Of a stretch of 54,698 nt of DNA, positions 46,528 to 54,698 are shown piece after piece. Source of the stretch: an uncultured delta proteobacterium (GTDB lineage: Bacteria > Desulfobacterota > Binatia > JACPRU01); assembly GCA_963708955.1 (NCBI GenBank), contig CAVPWJ010000058.1:1-54698 (forward strand), given 5' to 3'. How positions within the stretch are numbered: position 1 is the stretch's first letter; each line of letters opens with the position of its first letter. The translations under genes and the position numbers were made by a program. The notes beneath the pieces were generated by a model that saw nothing but the letters and a program-made list of their open reading frames with translations, was not told where the DNA came from and did no database searches.

Positions 46528-46941
46528 ATGCCGAAACGGCGAAAACAACGAAAAGCAATGACGAGCGCGCTCACCATCGTCCGAGCGGCACGAGCGGCGG
46601 CGAAGAACGCGCTCGACTCGCTGCGCGAAGAGATCCGCAACACGGCGACGAAGCTCGAGAAGCTCATCACCGAGGAGCGCAGCTTCAAGTCCGATCTGTT
46701 CGGCGCTGGACCGACGGAGCAGCGCGGACGAGGCGCGCCGGCCGGCAAAGGCGGGCGGCCGCGAGCCACGCGGAAAGGACCGCCGCAAGCCGAGAAGTTC
46801 TTCAAGAAGCTCGGTGACGCGTTCACGCTCGACGAAGTGCGCAAGGTCGCCGGTCGCCAGACGGGCATCAGCCTGGCGCAGTGGAGCCGCGCGAAGCGGA
46901 TCCGCAAGGTCGGCAAGGGATACCAGAAGGTCGCGGCCTAG
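46528..46941 (+). CDS. Small basic protein: coiled coil, RGR/GRP linker and winged-helix-like domain (candidate nucleoid-associated protein)
   Basis: Strong SD, host-like codon use, own promoter and terminator; sequence pattern only. Confidence 0.75.
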   Translation: MPKRRKQRKAMTSALTIVRAARAAAKNALDSLREEIRNTATKLEKLITEERSFKSDLFGAGPTEQRGRGAPAGKGGRPRATRKGPPQAEKFFKKLGDAFTLDEVRKVAGRQTGISLAQWSRAKRIRKVGKGYQKVAA

Positions 46942-46951
46942 AGCCTCGAGG

Positions 46952-47007
46952 GCGAAAAGGGTCGGGAGTCTCTTGCCATCCGGCAACGGACTCCCGGCCC
47001 CTTTCGC
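46952..47007. terminator. Long hairpin between convergent genes (probably bidirectional terminator)
   Basis: GCGAAAAGGGTCGGGAGTC ... GACTCCCGGCCCCTTTCGC with inner TTGCC/GGCAA stem. Confidence 0.75.
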
Positions 47008-47789
47008 TACGCCGCAGACCGACGAGCCATACAAGCCGCGGCCAGAAACGCCGCCGCGGCGAAGCAGGCGGTCACCGCGAGCGCCGGCACGAGCGCGGGC
47101 AACGCGCTCACTGCCAGCGTATTCTGCGAATAGAGAGCGCGGCGCAATGCCGCCATTCCGTAGGTCAGCGGGTTCAGTCGCATCACCCATCCAAGCGCTC
47201 GCGGCACGCCGGACACCGGGAACACCGCTCCTGACAAGAACCAGATCGGCATCAGCAGCAGGTTCATGATGGCGTGGAACCCCTGCGTGGATTCCATCTT
47301 CCAGGCGATCGCCAGGCCCAGGCTGGTGAGCGCAAACGCGAGGAGAAACATCACCCCTACCGAGCCGAGGACCGACGCGACACCGAGCGAGATCCCCGCG
47401 AGCGGCGCTAGCGCGAGGAAGATCGTTCCCTGCACGAGCGCGAGCGTGGTGCCGCCGAGCGCCTGGCCGAAGACAATCTGAGCGCGCGACACCGGAGCCA
47501 CCAGCACGCCCTGCAGGAACCCCTCGCGGCGGTCCTCGACCACGGAGATCGTCGCGAAGATCGCCGTGAACAGCAGCACCATGACCATCACGCCCGGATA
47601 GAAGTACTCGACGTAGTTGGTGCCGCCCGCCCCGGCGGCGGGTCGGAACGAGGCGTTCATTCCCCCGCCGAGCAACATCCAGAAAACCAGCGGCTGGGCG
47701 AGCGAGCCGAACAAGCGGCTGCGCTGGCGGACGAAGCGGATGACTTCACGCCACCACAGCGTGGCGACCGGACGCCAATAGGCGATCAT
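47007..47789 (-). CDS. ABC-2 type exporter permease (DrrB/NodJ-like)
   Basis: RE..RF.RQRSR, YFYPG, EDRREGFLQGVLVAPVSR, FLSGAVFP, NPLTYG. Confidence 0.92.
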   Translation of the reverse strand: MIAYWRPVATLWWREVIRFVRQRSRLFGSLAQPLVFWMLLGGGMNASFRPAAGAGGTNYVEYFYPGVMVMVLLFTAIFATISVVEDRREGFLQGVLVAPVSRAQIVFGQALGGTTLALVQGTIFLALAPLAGISLGVASVLGSVGVMFLLAFALTSLGLAIAWKMESTQGFHAIMNLLLMPIWFLSGAVFPVSGVPRALGWVMRLNPLTYGMAALRRALYSQNTLAVSALPALVPALAVTACFAAAAFLAAACMARRSAA

Positions 47790-48727
47790 GTCGGCCGCTC
47801 TCCGTTCGCTTCCCAGAAGCGGCGTCCGGTGACGTGCACGAAGACGTCCTCCAGCGTCGGGCGGCCGAACGTCACCGACCGTACCTCGCCGGGAAACGCC
47901 TCGACGACGTCGCGCACCAACTCGTGGCCGCGCGCGCGCTCCAAGCGCAGCGATCCGTCGACGATCTGCGCGCTCAGGCCGAAGCGGCCCTGGATCTTCT
48001 CGCGCAGCGCCTCCGGCGCCTCGGCATCGACCACGACCACGTCGCCGCCGACGCTGCGCTTGAGCTCGTCGGGAGTGCCGACCGCTACCAGCGAGCCTTC
48101 GTGCAGCACGGCGACCCGGTCGGCGCGCTCCGCCTCTTCCATGTAGTGCGTGGTGAGCACGACCGTGGTCCCGTCGCGCTCGCGCAGCGTGCGCAGGTGC
48201 TGGCCGAAGTCGCGCCGTGCCGCGGGATCGAGACCAGTGCTTGGCTCGTCGAGCAGCAGCAGCTCGGGGGAGTGCAGCAGCCCCCGAGCGAGCTCGGTGC
48301 GGCGCGCGAGCCCGCCGGAGAGCGTCTCGACGCGATCGCCCGCGCGGTCGGCGAGCGCGAGCCGGTCGAGCACCACCCGCACCCGTTCGCGGAGCGCCGC
48401 GCCGCCGAGGCCGTACAGATGACCGTGATGGACGAGGTTCTCCGCGACCGTCAGCTTGGGATCGAGACCCGGGTTCTGGAAAACCACGCCGAGCCGCGGG
48501 CGCACGCGGGCGGCGTCGCTCGCGAGGTCGGCGCCGAGCACGCGCACCGTTCCGTGGTCGGCGCGCATCAGCGTGGCAAGGATCTTGAACAGCGTGGTCT
48601 TGCCGCCACCATTCGGTCCGAGCAGGGCGAAGATCTCGCCGCGCTCGATCGTCAGGCTGACGCCGCGCAGCACTTCACGCTCGCCATAGCAGTGCCGCAG
48701 CTCGGAGATTTCAATGGCCGGGGGCAT
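47786..48727 (-). CDS. ABC exporter ATP-binding protein (DrrA-like)
   Basis: GPNGGGKTT, LSGG, LLLLDEPSTGLDP, TTHYMEEAE, PTLEDVF. Confidence 0.95.
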   Translation of the reverse strand: MPPAIEISELRHCYGEREVLRGVSLTIERGEIFALLGPNGGGKTTLFKILATLMRADHGTVRVLGADLASDAARVRPRLGVVFQNPGLDPKLTVAENLVHHGHLYGLGGAALRERVRVVLDRLALADRAGDRVETLSGGLARRTELARGLLHSPELLLLDEPSTGLDPAARRDFGQHLRTLRERDGTTVVLTTHYMEEAERADRVAVLHEGSLVAVGTPDELKRSVGGDVVVVDAEAPEALREKIQGRFGLSAQIVDGSLRLERARGHELVRDVVEAFPGEVRSVTFGRPTLEDVFVHVTGRRFWEANGERPT

Positions 48728-48746
48728 CGTCAATCTCGTTTGACTG

Positions 48747-50144
48747 TCATGATCGAAGCGGGGGCGCAAGATCGCCCGCGGCCTGCCATGCGCCGGCTTC
48801 GTCCAGCAGTCGCCGGGCTGCGGCGCTGCCGATACGCACCGCATAATTCGTGCCGCGGTCCTCCGGATAGACCTGCGACAGCGTCGCGACGTACAAGCCC
48901 GGCCACGGGCCATCGAGCGGCAGCAAGCGGCGGTGGTAGTCGACGGTGACGATCGGCTGGGCAAAGTCGTCGCGAAATTGCATCTGCTTCTCGACCCAGC
49001 TCTCGTCGAATTCCGGCTGCACGCGCACCAGGCCCGGCCGATAGCGCGCGAACAATGCCGCCGCCTCCAAGCGGTACGTCGGGTCGTCCGGAGCGACGTA
49101 GTGAGAGAGGTAGAGGACGCGGCGGCCGCCGTAGCGCTCGGGGGGAATGAAGTTCGTGTGCTCGATCAGTCCTCCGAACGGGATCTGCGGATCGCTGATG
49201 TTCATCCAGTAGATCGGCGAGAACTGGCGACGCAGCAGCAGCATCGTGCAGAGGATGGCGTGATGCTCGATCGCCTCGCAGCGCCGCCGGTACGCCTCGG
49301 GAAGATCCTGGGCCAGGCGCGCGAGCAGCGGCGGCGCCACCGTCGAGATCACCGCCGAGAAGCGCTCGCGCCGGCGCGAGGTCTCGACCTCGAAGCGATC
49401 CGTCCCGGCGGCGCCGAGATGACGGATCCGCCGCACCGGCTCGGCCGTGTGCATCGTTCCGCCGCGCGCGCGGATCGCTTCGGCCAGGCGGCGGGCCACC
49501 ACGCCGAACCCGCCGTCGAGATAGCCGAGGCTCTCCCGGTTGCCGCCGCGGGTGCGTGACGTTCCGCGCAGGCGCATCTTCGACCAGATCCAGGCCATCG
49601 TGATCGCTTCGGCATTGTGCGCGAACTTCGCCCGCAACAGCGGGCCCCACACGGCCTCGTAGACCTCGCGGCCCGCGTAGCGTCGCAGCCATTCGGCCGC
49701 GCTCACGCCCTCGAACGGCTCGCGCCGTGGATAGCGCTGCAGGAACAGCGTGACGAGGCCGAAGCGCAGCTTGGCGCGCAGGCTGAACGGACGAAAGCGC
49801 AACAGGTCGATCGGCGAAGTGAATCGATGGACCCGCCCCTGGCAGAACATGCCCATCACCGGCGAGATCCAGCGCAGGCGGTCGGCGATGCCGAGCTCGC
49901 CGAGCAGCTCGAGGACGTCGCGGTCGGAGGTGAACCAATGATGGTAGTACTTCTCGATCTCGCTATCGCCGAGCGGGAACGTCATCGCCAGACCCCCAAG
50001 CTGGCCGCTGCGCTCGAACAGCGAGACGCGCGCGCCGCCGAGCGCGAGACGATACGCGGCGGCGAGGCCCGCGAAGCCGGCTCCGACGACGGCGACGCGC
50101 GGTGCCGACACGCTCGCGGCGGACCAGCGATCATTCGACTTCAT
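48747..50144 (-). CDS. FAD-dependent oxidoreductase (protoporphyrinogen/amine oxidase-like; function unknown)
   Basis: VAVVGAGFAGL.AAY.L, GGLA, IEKYYHHWF, LGYLDGGF, IEHTNF, QVYPEDRGTNYAV. Confidence 0.88.
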   Translation of the reverse strand: MKSNDRWSAASVSAPRVAVVGAGFAGLAAAYRLALGGARVSLFERSGQLGGLAMTFPLGDSEIEKYYHHWFTSDRDVLELLGELGIADRLRWISPVMGMFCQGRVHRFTSPIDLLRFRPFSLRAKLRFGLVTLFLQRYPRREPFEGVSAAEWLRRYAGREVYEAVWGPLLRAKFAHNAEAITMAWIWSKMRLRGTSRTRGGNRESLGYLDGGFGVVARRLAEAIRARGGTMHTAEPVRRIRHLGAAGTDRFEVETSRRRERFSAVISTVAPPLLARLAQDLPEAYRRRCEAIEHHAILCTMLLLRRQFSPIYWMNISDPQIPFGGLIEHTNFIPPERYGGRRVLYLSHYVAPDDPTYRLEAAALFARYRPGLVRVQPEFDESWVEKQMQFRDDFAQPIVTVDYHRRLLPLDGPWPGLYVATLSQVYPEDRGTNYAVRIGSAAARRLLDEAGAWQAAGDLAPPLRS

Positions 50145-50267
50145 GAGGGGCCCTCATTCCGAGCGTGCCGGCCGTGACGGTCGCTTTGCAGTTAGCAGCC
50201 GCGCGCCGCGAGCGCGAGCCGCCGCATTGCAAATTCGCCGAGCGGACTCTAGAAGCTCGGGCTCTCG

Positions 50268-52394
50268 ATGACGGCGCATTTCATCGCCTGGTGGGCCGCC
50301 CTCGTGGCGCTCGGCCTCGGCTTTCTCCCCGTCGCCGAGCGTATCTTTCCGGCGAGCTTCCCCGATCGCGGGCGCCCGCTCTCCCGGCCGCTCGCGCTCG
50401 TCGCTTTCACCTACGTTTCGTGGTTGTGGACCAGCGCCGGCCTGCCGCACCGGCTCTCGCTCGCCGCCGCCGGCGTCGTGTTTGCGGCGGCGGCGGCGGT
50501 TGCCTGGCGGCGGCCGCCGCTCGACTGGCGCTCGGCGTGGCTGCGCGACGAGGCGGTGTTTCTCGGCGCGCTCGTGCTCTTCGCCGCGGTGCGCGCGCTG
50601 CAGCCCGACATCTTCGGCGCCGAGAAGTACATGGACTTCGCGTTTTTCAACACGCTCCGGCGCGCCGAGCACTTTCCGCCACAGGATCCATGGATGAGCG
50701 GCGAGGCGATTAACTACTACTACTTCGGTTATCTGTTGTTCGCCAACCTCGCGCGACTGACGCGCGTTCCGCCCGAGGTGGCGTACAACCTTTCGCTCGC
50801 TACCGTCGGCGCGATGCTGGTCGCCGGGGCCGTCTCGATCGGCCGGCGTCTCTCGGGCCGCGAGTGGGGCGGCGCCCTCGCGGCGGCGGCGGTCGCACTG
50901 ATCGGCAATCTCGACGCCGCGCGCCAGCTTCTGTTCGAGCACCGCGCACCCGCGGCCGTCGACTACTGGAGCCCGACACGCGTGGTCCCCCACACCATCA
51001 ACGAGTTTCCGTTCTTCAGCCTACTGCACGGCGATCTGCATCCGCACGTGACCGCGCTGGTGATCGACGTCACGCTCATCGGGGTGGCGCTCGCCGTCGC
51101 GGCGGGGGTGGCCGACCGCCCGGGCACGGCGCGGCGCAGCGACGTCGCCGGCTTCTCGGCGCTCGCCCTGCTGCTCGGCTCGCTGGCGCTCACCAATCCC
51201 TGGGATGTCCCCGTGGCGCTCACGCTCCTCGGCGTGCTGTTTCTCCACGCGCTGTGGCGCGACGATCGGCCGATCCGCGCGCTGATCGGCGCCGGACTGT
51301 TGGTGGCCGGCGCCGCCGTCGCCATGAGCGTGCTCTCGTTGCCGTTCACGATGCGCTTCCGCGCCCAATTTCACGGCGTCGGCCGGGTTCACGAGCGAAC
51401 GGCGATCGTGCCCTTCCTGACGGTCTTCGCCGTACCGCTCCTGCCGGCGGTCCTGCTCGTCGCTCGACGCTCGGCCGACGAGCTCCGCGACGATCCGCCG
51501 CTACGCGATCTCTGGCTCGCGTGCGTGACGTTCGCCGCGGTGGTCGTCTACCTCGCCACGCAGAACTTGGTGCTGGTCCTCGCCGGGGCCGTGGCGGTTG
51601 CCGGCTTGCTCGGTCTGGTCGGTCCCGCCCGCGCGGAGGTGGAGACCCCGGCCGTGGCACTCGCCGTCGTGGCGGCGATGGCCATCGCCGCCGGCGAGAT
51701 CGTCTTCCTGCGCGATCCCTACGGCACCGAGCTTCACCGCATGAATACGATCTTCAAGCTCTACTTCCAGGCCTGGCTACTGCTCGGTCTGGCGTTCCCC
51801 GCCGCGATCCTGGTCACGCTACAGCGCCTGGGTCGGCTCGGGCGGACGATCGTCGGAGGCGCCGTGCTGATCGGCCTGACGGCATCGTTCGCCTATCCGG
51901 CGTGCATCGTCTACCAGCGCTGGCGAAACCTCGCCGACGGTCCGTCCCTCGATGGCCTCGCTTACCTCGACCGCGATCACCCCGCCGACGCGGCGGCGAT
52001 CCGCTGGCTCGCGCGCGAAGTCCCGGGCCTGCCGGTCGTCCTCGAAGCCACCGGCGAGCCCTACTCGTATTTCGCGAGGGTGTCGGCGAACACCGGCCTG
52101 CCGACGCTGCTCGGCTGGGGAAACCACGAGCGCGTCTGGCGCGGGCCCGACGCGCGCATCGCGCAACGGATCCGCGACGTCGACCGCCTGTACACGGAGA
52201 GCGATCTCGCCGTCGTGCGCTCGTTGCTCGCCCGCTACCGCGTTCGTTACGTGTTCGTCGGCGAGCTCGAGCGCCGACGCTACTCGGCGGCGTCGCTCGA
52301 CAAGTTCGCCGCCCACCCGGAGTGCTTCGCGTTGGTCTACCGTTCCGGGACGACCGAGGTGTTCGCGGTGCGCGAGCCGACGGACCACGAATGA
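50268..52394 (+). CDS. DUF2298 / Chloroflexi-archaeal YYY membrane protein (predicted GT-C glycosyltransferase)
   Basis: GAEKYMDFAF, PP.DPWMSG..INYYYFG, TINEFPFFS.L.GDLHPH, RMNTIFKLY.Q.W, SLDGLAYL, AIRWL; many TM segments. Confidence 0.88.
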   Translation: MTAHFIAWWAALVALGLGFLPVAERIFPASFPDRGRPLSRPLALVAFTYVSWLWTSAGLPHRLSLAAAGVVFAAAAAVAWRRPPLDWRSAWLRDEAVFLGALVLFAAVRALQPDIFGAEKYMDFAFFNTLRRAEHFPPQDPWMSGEAINYYYFGYLLFANLARLTRVPPEVAYNLSLATVGAMLVAGAVSIGRRLSGREWGGALAAAAVALIGNLDAARQLLFEHRAPAAVDYWSPTRVVPHTINEFPFFSLLHGDLHPHVTALVIDVTLIGVALAVAAGVADRPGTARRSDVAGFSALALLLGSLALTNPWDVPVALTLLGVLFLHALWRDDRPIRALIGAGLLVAGAAVAMSVLSLPFTMRFRAQFHGVGRVHERTAIVPFLTVFAVPLLPAVLLVARRSADELRDDPPLRDLWLACVTFAAVVVYLATQNLVLVLAGAVAVAGLLGLVGPARAEVETPAVALAVVAAMAIAAGEIVFLRDPYGTELHRMNTIFKLYFQAWLLLGLAFPAAILVTLQRLGRLGRTIVGGAVLIGLTASFAYPACIVYQRWRNLADGPSLDGLAYLDRDHPADAAAIRWLAREVPGLPVVLEATGEPYSYFARVSANTGLPTLLGWGNHERVWRGPDARIAQRIRDVDRLYTESDLAVVRSLLARYRVRYVFVGELERRRYSAASLDKFAAHPECFALVYRSGTTEVFAVREPTDHE

Positions 52395-54697
52395 GGCGCC
52401 GCGACCACCGTCTGCTCGGAGTCGACCAGGACGATGCCGAACGGCACGGCGGCGAGGTCGCGAGGGTTGAGGAAGCTGCCGAGCGGCGCCTGCGGCGGCG
52501 CAGCTCGCTCGTGCGGCACCCGATCCACCCAGCTCTTCGCCGACTCGAGCAGGCCGGGCGTTGCGTAGATCGTCACCTCGCCCGCCTCGAACACCGGCTG
52601 GGTGAGCGGCCAGGAGGCGAACTTGGCGAGCCCCGCCGCCGGATAGGTGCGCCGCTCGAGCGCTCCGACGAACACCAGGTCGACCTGATACTTCCTCATC
52701 AAGCGCTCGGCGAGCGCGAGGTCGGTCGTCGAGAACAGCGCGCGCACGTCGTCGCGCCGCTGGTGGATCTCGCTCCACGAATGCGCCTGCTGGAAGAGAT
52801 GGTATTCCCAGCCGAGCACCGTCGGCAGGCCCGTGTTCATCGCGACGCGCGCGAACTCGCCGTACGCGTCCCCCTGCGCCTCGAGCACGACCGGCACGCC
52901 GGCGACCTCACGCGACAGCCAGCGAAACGCGGCCAGCTCGGCCGGCCGGCGGTGGCGGAGGTATTCCATGCCGTCGAGCGTCGGCACGTCGCTCGCGACG
53001 AACGGCGAGCGGATCAAGCCGAGCGCGCCGCTCACCGCCGTGAACGCGCCCCCGGCCGCGACGATGGCGACGGCAACGATCCAGGCGAGGCGGGCTCGCC
53101 TGGCGAGTCCGAGAGCACGGGGCAGAATCGCGCCGGCGGCGCAGCCGAGCAACAGCCAGATCTCCAGGTAGTACTTGAACACCGTGTTCATGCGGTCCCA
53201 CACGAACACGACCTCGGTGCCGAGCCCGATCGCGCCGGCCAGGCCGAGGAGCAACCCGACGACGCGGATCTCGAACGTCTCGTCGAACCACCACGCGGCC
53301 GCGCCGCCGAGCGCCAGCGCGACGAACAGCCCCGCGCTCGGCGACCGCACCAGCGCCGCCGCGGCGGCAGCGGCCGCGGCCGCGAGCCAGAGCGGCCAGA
53401 GCCGCCGCCCCTTGCGCCATACCGTTAGGCGAGCGACCAGCAGCGGAACCAGCACGACCAGGAACGCCCCGAAGATGGTCGCCACGTCGCCCATCGGCGC
53501 CTGAGACGTCTCCCACCCGAGCCCGCGGCCGACCGGACGGCGGTAGCTCGCCCAGAACGGCCAGAAGAGCAGGCGCGAGGCGGCGAGCGCGAGCAGCCAC
53601 CAGCCGAGCACGGCGGCGAGCGAGCCCCAGCGGCGCCGCCCCGCCGCCTGGCGCCAGGCGGTGACCGCGAAGACGAGTTGCAGACTGACGACGGTCGGAA
53701 CGCTCCACGTGCTCGCCGTCGACACGGCGCCGATCAGCAGCGCGACCAGCGCGGCCACGAGCGGCCGCCCGACGCGGCCTTCCCGTCCGTCCGGCGCCCA
53801 CAGCAGCCCGACGTAGAGCAACGCCACCTCGAGCGGCGCGGCCAGCACGTGCGCGTGGAGATCCGCGAACAGCAAGTGCCACACCGGGAACTCGTTGATC
53901 GTGCCCTGCACCACCCGGGAGGTCGCCCAGAAGTAGTCGAAGTTGAACGGGCGGTACGGTGCCGCGGCGACCAGTCGCGGGCCGGCGAGGTTGCCGAGCA
54001 GGGTGACGGCAACGGCGGCGAACGAGCCGGCGAGTCGCGAGCCGCCGAGCCGGCGGCCGAACAGGAACGAGGCGACGGCGAGCAAGCCGCCGACCGTGCC
54101 GATCGCCAGGTTGAAGGCGAAGGCCGGCGCCACGCCGGCGAGCCGCGCGAAGAACGCGACCAACGCGTGACCGAAATAGAAGTAGTTGAGCGTCCCGCCG
54201 GCGAACCACGGGTCGGCGGGCGGCATCGTGCGCGAGCGCCAGAGCGCGTTCAGGAACGCGAAGTCCATCGGCTTCTCGCCCCAGAAGATCGCCGGATTGA
54301 ACGCCCGCGCGAGCAGGAAGGCCGCGAACACCAGCCAGAACAGCGCCTCCACGGCGACGATCTCCCGGCGGTGGCTGCGCCAGAACTCGATCAGGGCTTC
54401 GCGCCGCCGCCAGCCGGCGAGCGCGCCGGCGGCGACCACCGCGATCGCAATGCGGCGCACGGTGGCCGGCGAGTTGACGGCGATGCCGAGGGAGCACGCG
54501 AGCCAGGCGAGATAGCCGGGAACGATCCACGCGAGCAGCTTGGCGAGGCCGAAGCCGCGGTCGGCGGTCGCGGCCATCGGCCCGAACAGCAGCGCGAAGA
54601 CCGCGAGCGCCACGAGCTCGAACGCGACGATCCAGCGGGCGAGCGCGCCGAGCGACGTCTGCTGCTCCGCGCCCACCGCCACGCGCGCCGGCCCGGC
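52337..54697 (-). CDS. Second DUF2298/YYY membrane protein, 5'-partial (frame open to the window edge)
   Basis: WGEKPMDFAF, PPADPWFAGG.LNYFYFG, TINEFP..LFADLHAH, RMNTVFKYY, TLDGMEYL, TGLPTVLGW. Confidence 0.88.
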   Translation of the reverse strand, partial: AGPARVAVGAEQQTSLGALARWIVAFELVALAVFALLFGPMAATADRGFGLAKLLAWIVPGYLAWLACSLGIAVNSPATVRRIAIAVVAAGALAGWRRREALIEFWRSHRREIVAVEALFWLVFAAFLLARAFNPAIFWGEKPMDFAFLNALWRSRTMPPADPWFAGGTLNYFYFGHALVAFFARLAGVAPAFAFNLAIGTVGGLLAVASFLFGRRLGGSRLAGSFAAVAVTLLGNLAGPRLVAAAPYRPFNFDYFWATSRVVQGTINEFPVWHLLFADLHAHVLAAPLEVALLYVGLLWAPDGREGRVGRPLVAALVALLIGAVSTASTWSVPTVVSLQLVFAVTAWRQAAGRRRWGSLAAVLGWWLLALAASRLLFWPFWASYRRPVGRGLGWETSQAPMGDVATIFGAFLVVLVPLLVARLTVWRKGRRLWPLWLAAAAAAAAAALVRSPSAGLFVALALGGAAAWWFDETFEIRVVGLLLGLAGAIGLGTEVVFVWDRMNTVFKYYLEIWLLLGCAAGAILPRALGLARRARLAWIVAVAIVAAGGAFTAVSGALGLIRSPFVASDVPTLDGMEYLRHRRPAELAAFRWLSREVAGVPVVLEAQGDAYGEFARVAMNTGLPTVLGWEYHLFQQAHSWSEIHQRRDDVRALFSTTDLALAERLMRKYQVDLVFVGALERRTYPAAGLAKFASWPLTQPVFEAGEVTIYATPGLLESAKSWVDRVPHERAAPPQAPLGSFLNPRDLAAVPFGIVLVDSEQTVVAAPHSWSVGSRTANTSVVPER

Positions 54698-54698
54698 G

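Overview
Very GC-rich bacterial chromosomal window. The mutS-amidase-glnD-xerD-S2P-trpS-scpA-scpB-rluB gene order suggests a deltaproteobacteria-like lineage such as Binatota (inference only). The window starts at base 2 of an IS1202/ISNCY-type element (1-1420). Next come folC, an N-terminally extended lptD and a sugar-nucleotide/surface-polysaccharide cluster (rfbA, rfbC, rfbB, cupin, gmd, rmd-like, GT2, wzm); rfbD and wzt are not in the window. A decaying accessory segment (about 12.4-21.4 kb) holds an internally deleted IS1182, an acyl-CoA carboxylase/hydratase cluster, gene remnants, an acyl-CoA ligase and an uncharacterised RHH plus small-protein pair, ending at tRNA-fMet. A long minus-strand housekeeping run is headed by a MerR regulator of the Rv1830/McdR type. 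The rest comprises puuD-like, lrp-gltBD, HIT, GATase1, ICMT-like, aceE, a small basic coiled-coil/winged-helix protein, an ABC pair, an FAD oxidoreductase and two convergent DUF2298 (YYY) membrane proteins. Best leads: (1) a ~120-nt structured element present twice in unrelated operon spacers (6687-6807 and 23113-23226); (2) the McdR-like regulator with a candidate operator, translationally coupled to mutS, which is coupled to an amidase; (3) the putative new toxin-antitoxin pair; (4) the Rok-like candidate nucleoid protein. All calls come from reading the sequence by eye; no searches were run.
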